Source: Eledone cirrhosa
Taxonomy: Eukaryota
Direction: 5' to 3'
DNA: 64,000 nucleotides
Assembly: GCA_964016885.1 (NCBI GenBank)
Contig: OZ024741.1
Coordinates: forward strand, 141,112,001 to 141,176,000
The translations under genes and the position numbers were made by a program. The notes below the pieces were generated by a model that was given only the letters and a program-made list of their open reading frames with translations, did no database searches and was not told the origin of the DNA. Shown here piece after piece: positions 56,023 through 64,000 of the stretch (positions are counted from its first letter, which is position 1; each line of letters begins with the position of its first letter).

Positions 56023-59000
56023 TATACATACATGCATACATGTTCTACTACAGAGGCAACTATTTCGTTCACAGAGATTCGTTAGTAAAATGTTATAAGA
56101 AACCCTTCAAAAACAAATAAGCCGAGGTGCACAATTTTGGAAACATTGGTTTAGTGTAATGAAATTATTATTGGGAAAATTACCAGTTAGAGATGAAAAC
56201 CTTACACAACTATTACATTTTTTATATTTCAAATTTATTTTATAATCTACATCAGTTTCTATACCAAACATAATTATGTAAATAGATATGTCTGATTATA
56301 ATAGCGAAATATTGAACTCTATTTGAGATCAAAGGATACATGAAATTAATCGTTTCACTTCGTTCTCTCATTTATTGCAAAACCTATATTATCTCCAAAT
56401 ACAATCATTTGTTAGGTATGAGTGTAGGTGGAGTTAGACATAGTAACATAATCTACTGGGGAAAAATCGAATTTGTTTTTTAAAATCTCAAGTGCTTTTG
56501 CATATAGCGCATAATACATGATCAGAAAGGGTTAAAATGTATTGCCACTGAATAAATTAAAATGTACAAACTAGTGATCAATATGCAAAACAAATTACCT
56601 GTTTCCTTGTGAAATCTATTATTATCATAACAGCAGCTTTACAGATAAACTGCTAATTAGTTTCTATCAGACTTCAACGAATGATTTTCAATTAGCTAAT
56701 GCGTTTCTTGTTGTATATATTACTATATTCCTAAGATTTTCCAATCAACCGTTATTTGTTTTAAAAACATCTTCTATGATAATCTACAAGCATACATGAT
56801 ATTTGGAAACGGTGGACCGAGCCCAGACAAATTAAAATGATAGCAACATAATAAGGCTGCACCGCTTGTTTGGGTGTGGTTCTTGATGTATCATTCAACT
56901 TATCTAATATCACACAACATAACACGGCTGCTGTGAATGTCACAGCTTACAATGTCTCTCCTCCTCGCTCAAAACTGTCAATAATATTAAAGTTCCTGTC
57001 AGTGAATTGGCAGAGTTGTTAGGAGTTCGAATCTTACCTAGGTCAACGTTGTCTTTCATCCACTCGAAGTTGACGACGAAATTAGCTTTCTACTACTGAG
57101 GACGATTATTCATCTCTTGTACTTACATTGTTTCCGTACGAAGATATTTCCTGTAAACAATATGAATGTGCTTGGGAGAGAGATGGAGAGCTGTGGTGAG
57201 GGTTTTAATGAACCCGGTGATGGTAGTGAGAACGCCAAATATTTTTAATCCCACACTGTCACACATCTTTATGGAAAGGGGATGCTTCGAGTTGGTGAGT
57301 GTTAGTTGTAATATTTGTAGAGGCAAACGAGGAATCATTTCTTTTACATCCCGAATGTTTATAGATTAAAACATGTATATTTAATATCTGGTTCTTGTTT
57401 CTATTAAAAGTTGATATTACCCCCGGGCCCGGTAGTAGATTAACTTCTACACGGAAGCAACCAATATTTAGAACATTTTTATGCGACAAATATTTGTGGC
57501 CTGTGCTATGGAGGTATCAAAACACATATCTCAAATTTGAACCATTAACTCTTCCCTTCTATTATGACTCATTCCTATAGATTTTACAGATTTAGATTTG
57601 TTTATGTAGTGCATTGAACCTTCGACTGTTCCGAAGATGGATGTTCTAGTTCTTCCAGAAACCTGCTACCGCTATTTATGTGCAAGTAGCTAAGTATTCC
57701 ATATACCCTTAACACCCTCCCCAGGGAGTCTCGGTACGAAATTGTGTGACAAGACCTGTCTTTTGTATTACAAACAACATATTTTAGCCTGATGAGTGGA
57801 ATGGAGCAACGTGAAATAAAGTCCCTAACACAAAGCGTTGCCGTAAATTCATGTCCTTAACGATCTTGAGCCGAATACCTGAACTCTAACCCAGGAGCCT
57901 TCACACTTTTATACATTGGTTACATAGAAATATACACATATATAAGGCTGTCGATTTGGCAGTCGTTAAAGTGTTGATATCTGATGGTGTGCGCTCCAAT
58001 CCCGTCAATGTCCTCATTACCCTTCAGCTTTCTCCACGCACACACACAAACGAGCGCGCGCGCGAGCGCGTGCCCTCGTTCATCACTACAACATCTGTCT
58101 GTTTATGACAGTATGTACACCGAAACCTCGCAGTGAAAGTATGGTATAAAGTCATATTCTATAGCGCGCGGCGGCTGAGGTTTTCGTTATATTAACTACT
58201 TATTGCACATCAACCCATCTACTTTACAGTATTCCTCTACGAATCTCATGTCTCATAATTCGATAAATCAAAGATATCTTACTTTCAGTATCCCACGTGT
58301 TCAAATATAACGATAGCTGAAGGTTTTCATTCCAATAATTAATTATCGAAAGGAAGTCTCGTATGGCTCCCTAATCGATAAGTCAATATGTCAAACTTTT
58401 GATTTTGATACTTTCTTTTCTTTCTTCTCACAACAAACGCTGTCTCTATTCCTGTGGATAGAATGACGAGAAAAGAATAAATTTTTAATCTCCTTAACTC
58501 ATCCTGAATATAAACTTTTGACTATGTGTGTTGATCTACACGTGTGTATTTGTGTCTGTTTGTGAAGGCACGCAACTAAGTGATAATAGGTTTCCGCTCA
58601 CTCGTAAGGTCATGAGTACGATTTCCGCTAGTGCGTTTAGTCCTTCCCAAAGATATTTTGTTTCACATTACTCAAATACACTCACCCTTTTCCCGCAGTG
58701 TCACGCTGAATTTCTCTGAGAATTAAATTACATGTGCACGTGCCTATGGAAAGACCAATCATTTGCTCTCCACTTTCAAGTGCAACTGGGGAGCATATTG
58801 TTAAATCCGACGTACATCCATTCCATTATGTTTCTCTCGGTATTCGTAGAATACACTGATAGGGAGTAATTTATACTGAAGCAATCGTATGTATAATGCT
58901 ATATATTTTTTAACAAATTAGTATCATGTTTGTTATATTTGGAGAGCTGCGATCTTAAATCCCATTCTTCTGAATATTTTCGTAGAATGAAAGAAAACAA

Positions 59001-62000
59001 AACGATATCCATTAAACTGCTTAATCATATTAGAGATAAACATAGGAATGCAACGAGGGAAGGCTGATTAACAGTAGTACAAACACGCTGATTAACAGTA
59101 GTACATGCGCACCAAACTCAATTGAGGTTAACCGAGTAATACTTATTTATGGCCTGAAGCAGAACATTGTTTTTGGAACCCAGTGGGGTCAAAGCAACCC
59201 ACTCAGTATATCCATATAATACCGTTACGTGTGTAACACAATAATTGTTTTAAAATATCTTAACCAACGGGCATTAAAGTCTTCGTCGACGTAAATTAAA
59301 ATATATGTCTCCAGTGAAGAGGCTAACGTAACTTTAATTGAACGTATTTCTAAATTAAGTCTTGGAGGATATGGTTCACTGAGTAGAGAATTAGTATAAC
59401 ATTCGTATCTGTAATTAAATTAGAATTGTCATCAAAGTTAGTACGTTTTATTTTACTTCAAGGAAAAGGCAGCTTATTCGTATCCAGTTATTTAAAACAA
59501 AAACGAAATAAAGACTTTATGAGCAAAGCAAAGAAACCAAAGAAAGAATATTTCCATTGTTAACAATATTTGCCGGGTTAATATACCTTCAAAATATATA
59601 GTTAAGTAAAAGGAGTCTATTGCCAGATCGGACCAGGAAAACAGTTTCCATTGGTCTTTCACTCCTGGCATAAGTTGCAACATGATTATTTGCTCAAGAA
59701 CACAATTCGCCCCTCAGTCCTGGAACTGATCCCAAGACGTTATATTCGTGAATTTAATACTCTAACCACTAGCCCACATGACGTGTTTTTGATGCTGGGT
59801 CAGAATAATCTCTGTATCATTTACAACATCATGATCAGTATTAATTTTGGAGGTTTGCACATGTATGAAGGTATAACATAAAATATTTAATGCAGTTTGA
59901 GTAGGTGAAAAACTTGCAAATGGGTGAAGGTGGGCATTTAAAAAAAATCAGTAAGGATTGGATTTCAAGCCAGCAAGTGAGTATATCTCAATTGGCTATC
60001 GTAGGTTTCTGTAACCTATAAACTAATGTATATATAATTATCAGTGTGCTGGTTGGCTGGCTGGTTGGACTGGTGTCAGCTATTACACCTTACAACATAT
60101 AGAGAGGGGCAGAGAAAATAGTAATAAAGATAGAATTAACATTGTTTGAAGGAAGTATGAGTACCGACAGAACCGACAGGAAAATAGTGTGAGTTATAGA
60201 GAAGGACGAACTCTGGATGAAGCGTGGGTCCATACTTCATCCTTTTTAACGGAAGGAATAATTCATAAAAATATATCCCTTTACTCCATTTCTTTTGTTT
60301 TGTTTACTTTTTCTGAAATCGTAGCTTTCTTCGTAATACTATATGTGTAGTGTATATCTTAAATTCTTCATTTATTCCATCTTCTGGAAATACGGAAATG
60401 CGATATATTTATTAATTCATGCAGCATTGGTCAGTCCTGTCCTGTATTTCTAATAAATTCATTTATGTATTTATATTAATACATGTATACATGTATACAT
60501 CTTTCTTTATTTACCAGTAGTAAACATATCCTCCCTAATTTACCCTTTATATGACGGGTAACACTATAGTAATACAATTATACATAAAATAGATATTTAT
60601 AAAGAATACTATAGTAATATTCTGGCTTTCACATAAATCCAATGTGGTAATATTTATGAAGGCTAAGTATATTGCTAAAAATAAGTATCAATAATTCAAT
60701 AAATGTCTCCATCCATTAAATATACTAGACTTCGATGCATAAGACTAATTTAATTCACAAATCATAAAAAATAATTACCTGTATTATTTACCTTTGGCTA
60801 AATATCAGGTAAATATGAACTGTTGTCTCTACTGTGGTTTGGATAATAGCCATTTTTACGTTATTTCCTACTTTTCATCAGAAGCTTTTCCAGACGGCGT
60901 GAACTAACAATTCAACGCATCATTAAAGTTCTGATCAAAACACGCATATTTTACTTTGAAAGTGTGTACTATATTTAGAGCTACTAGTTAGCATTTGGCA
61001 AACGCTCGTTAAATAGCTTGAAATTTATCTTTACAATTATTACTGTTTACACACTTTGATACCTCGAAGTCCAATTATCATTGGCATGGCTTCTATGCTG
61101 TTTTGCGCTATGCCAAAGGCTACTTGCGTTTCCTCATCTGATATGAGTTATAATAACCTCACATTAATTACATAGTTTAGTTTTTCGTAGCTTAAAACAT
61201 TTTTCTTGTGCTTCCATTGTCAGTGAACGTGTATAACTTGTCATTTCATACAGAGTCCCGAAAATATCATTACAATATTAATTACTTTTTCAGATGTTCT
61301 TATATACATAAGAACATTTTTTGTAATATGAGGATTTCTTAGCGTGAGTGAGAGGGAGAGAGTAATTGGTTCAAATAAACAGTTGATGTGGGAACATTTG
61401 TTACAATAACAAATTTATAAAGAGAAAGAGAGAAACATGGCTCGCTGGAAGTCTTCCATAAATGAATATTTATTTTCTGCCAAAACATCGTACTTTACAT
61501 TTCAGTTTATGTAAACCTTCTATACTATTTATCTCTAACACGTAGTTTGCAAAAACTTTTGTATTGTTGTTTTTTATTTTAATTCAAAACATTTTAAAAA
61601 GAAGTTTGCATGTATCATATTATATAATTAAGTAAAATAATATGAGGAATGTGTCGTTTCAAATAAGACAAATGTTACGAACACAGCTTTAAACTACAAT
61701 TGGTTTATAAAAGTTTTCCATCCTTAAAATAAAATCTGGTTATGGGCTTGACAGCCTATGAAATTTCGCATTAAGGATGCACTTCTTTTCTTTACATTCA
61801 TATTCTATATTGTCGGTTGGACATCCATTGTGTTCGATAACCATTGTTATAATTATTTGAGTACAGCCTTTTTAAGAAATTAATGGGCAGCAATATTCCC
61901 AATAGGGTTCTCATGAGGGTTCAGCGTTGTGTGACAAGAATGACCATTGAATAATAGGTTCAACTCATTGAAATATTATTATCATCACTTCTGTATATGT

Positions 62001-62525
62001 TGTAATTGTTGTTTAGCTCGAGCTCAACTATGGGTGATGTGTGCGACTATATTATCTGATATGTCGTTTAGGTATTTGTACGAGTGCATTATATAATGTA
62101 GGGTGTGTTTTGGGGGAGATTTGACATGCTATTACTAGACTTTCGAGTGGCCATCGAGAGGTTTTATCGTTGGTATCGTCATTTCAGTGTATATGTGAGT
62201 GAGAGAGATAGAATAGACGAATCTGTTGTGTTCCATCAGGCAATTTCACTTCATTTACCTCTCTCTTTCTCTCTCTCTCTCTATATATATATTAATACTA
62301 ATATGAAACATACTATTTGCATGACAACGAACCAGTCAAAATCATCTTGAATATGCTTGTTGATCAAATCTAATCGGCCACATATGGGCGAAACATATCT
62401 ATAATCTACTGGCTATATTGATCCCTTATATCGAAGAATAAGTGGAGCGTAAAACACCATTCAAATCAATAGCACTATTAGCACATTATACATACGCACA
62501 CATACGCACACAAACACACACAACA

Positions 62526-62556
<31 letters not shown>

Positions 62557-63021
62557 TGCACTATTAACACATATGCAGCTCTTTTTACACATTATAATAT
62601 ACTGCAGAATATATATTATATATTATATATATAGATAAGCACCGACTTGGCTGAGTCGTTGTGGCGTAAGGTATGATGTACGATAACCACTAAGGCTAGC
62701 TCTTTCATGTCAGTGATTTAATCGCACAGTGAGAGATAAGTTTAGTGAAGTACAACACGTTAGATCACCCTCATTTATAGTTAATAGTGATCTTGATCAA
62801 AGGCTAGGCGACTTTCCAGTTGTTTTGTATTTCTAGTGTATGATATTTTTATTGAACAGCTACACTGAATTAAAAGTCACCGTCTAATGGTTAAATTAAT
62901 TGATAATATTTTATGTTAACAGATGTGTAACTGCACACGTTATATGTTTCTTTAAACATATAAGATTAATATTAAGAGTTGTTATTTCTCTTGTGGATAC
63001 ATTCTGAATTGATTATAAAGA

Positions 63022-63085
<64 letters not shown>

Positions 63086-63207
63086 AATACTTTTGAGTAT
63101 TTAATGTTGTTTGAATAACAATTGTCATCGGAACATGAAAACAATTTAATAACAATTTAAAGAGGTGTTTCAAACACGTTTTCTATATTATATTCACCAA
63201 AAAACAT

Positions 63208-63340
63208 TGTATCTACTTTTGGCACAAGGTCAGCAATTACCCCAGTGCATTATTGGTGCATTGTTTTATCGACACCGTAAAGGACCGTAATTCTATGCTG
63301 AAAAGCATGGTGTCCGGCCCTCTACTGCTATTCCACCGCC
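63208..63340 (-). mobile_element. SINE family A with internal deletion
   Basis: Both the tail (CTACTTTTGGCACAAGG) and head (TCCACCGCC) are present; the middle is missing. Confidence 0.7.
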
Positions 63341-64000
63341 TCAATTCAGCAAAAAATATTACCGCGTAACCTTAAACGATACGCGAGAAATAGGAACATA
63401 ATCAGCTTGTATACTCACGAAAACTATGAACAAACTACAATCCAGTAATTCTCCTGCATTTATCTCCCATGTTGTCCGGCTTTCCACTCTTTATTATTTT
63501 GAGTTTTCTCTCCTGCCTGGGTACAACTAACTTTTTTTATTCTCCTTTTTATGAATACATTTCAAACCCAAGTTTTTAATGTCCCGTCTTTCAAGCGTTA
63601 CTACATTGTTCAATTCCTTGTACCTGCTCTTGAGTTGTTTCAGTCGTAAGACCCTGCATTCTGTTAAGTATTGTGGTCTATTCTAGCCGGAAATTTTCTC
63701 GTTCGTTCTCCAACTTATTCTGTTTAATGTTGTTTTGTAAAAAAACATTCTTAATTCCATAATTCCCCCTCCGTCAATCTCTCATAACTTCTGCCATTCT
63801 ATTCAGGCATCGCTATCAAGTTATATTTCCTTTTTGTTTCTTAATGTTCCTATTCACCTCCCGATTTATCATTTTTAGAAGAAAATCTCAACTTCTCCTT
63901 TGGAACATTACAATTCTTTTCAACTTCATGTATCTGTCCCAGTCCTTTAGACTCATAATTTTCAGTCTAAAAGCATTCTCGCTGCTTCAAATATTTTCTA

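Noticed and set aside
57785-57825. CTGATGA..GAAA on the plus strand
   Set aside because: Part of a SINE body (compare 30222-30250 GCTGAGTGGACTGGA.CAACG); no stems.
59063-59105. Short direct repeats (GCTGATTAACAGTAGTACA x2; similar at 47134-47230 and 50022-50060) as CRISPR-like arrays
   Set aside because: Only two units, no unique spacers of constant length and a eukaryotic context; simple local duplications.
63345-64000. Purine-rich minus-strand segment that might be a decayed LINE ORF
   Set aside because: No recognisable motif, frequent stops, and truncated by the window edge.

Overview
AT-rich, microsatellite-dense eukaryotic DNA. The repeat repertoire suggests a coleoid cephalopod such as Octopus (inference). 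No host protein-coding gene is supported, so the window is probably intergenic or intronic, and most ORFs in the track are (TA)n/(CA)n/(CATA)n artefacts. It is a mosaic of decayed transposons: two Naiad-like Penelope elements (RT + GIY-YIG), two tandem R4/Dong-like RLE non-LTR retrotransposons in a (CATA)n tract, a CR1-like LINE interrupted by a Tc1/mariner derivative with two left ends, a mariner remnant, RTE 3' fragments, Helitron 3' ends and more than 12 copies of a tRNA-derived SINE. Best leads: (1) apparent (CATA)n targeting by two RLE lineages, supported by three junctions; (2) about 9 minimal type I hammerhead-like motifs from several repeat families, mostly next to (TA)n arrays; (3) an in-frame TGA at a conserved Cys of a Penelope Zn-finger linker, a possible selenocysteine; (4) long near-perfect hairpins next to the hammerhead motifs. 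All calls were made by eye and boundaries are approximate.
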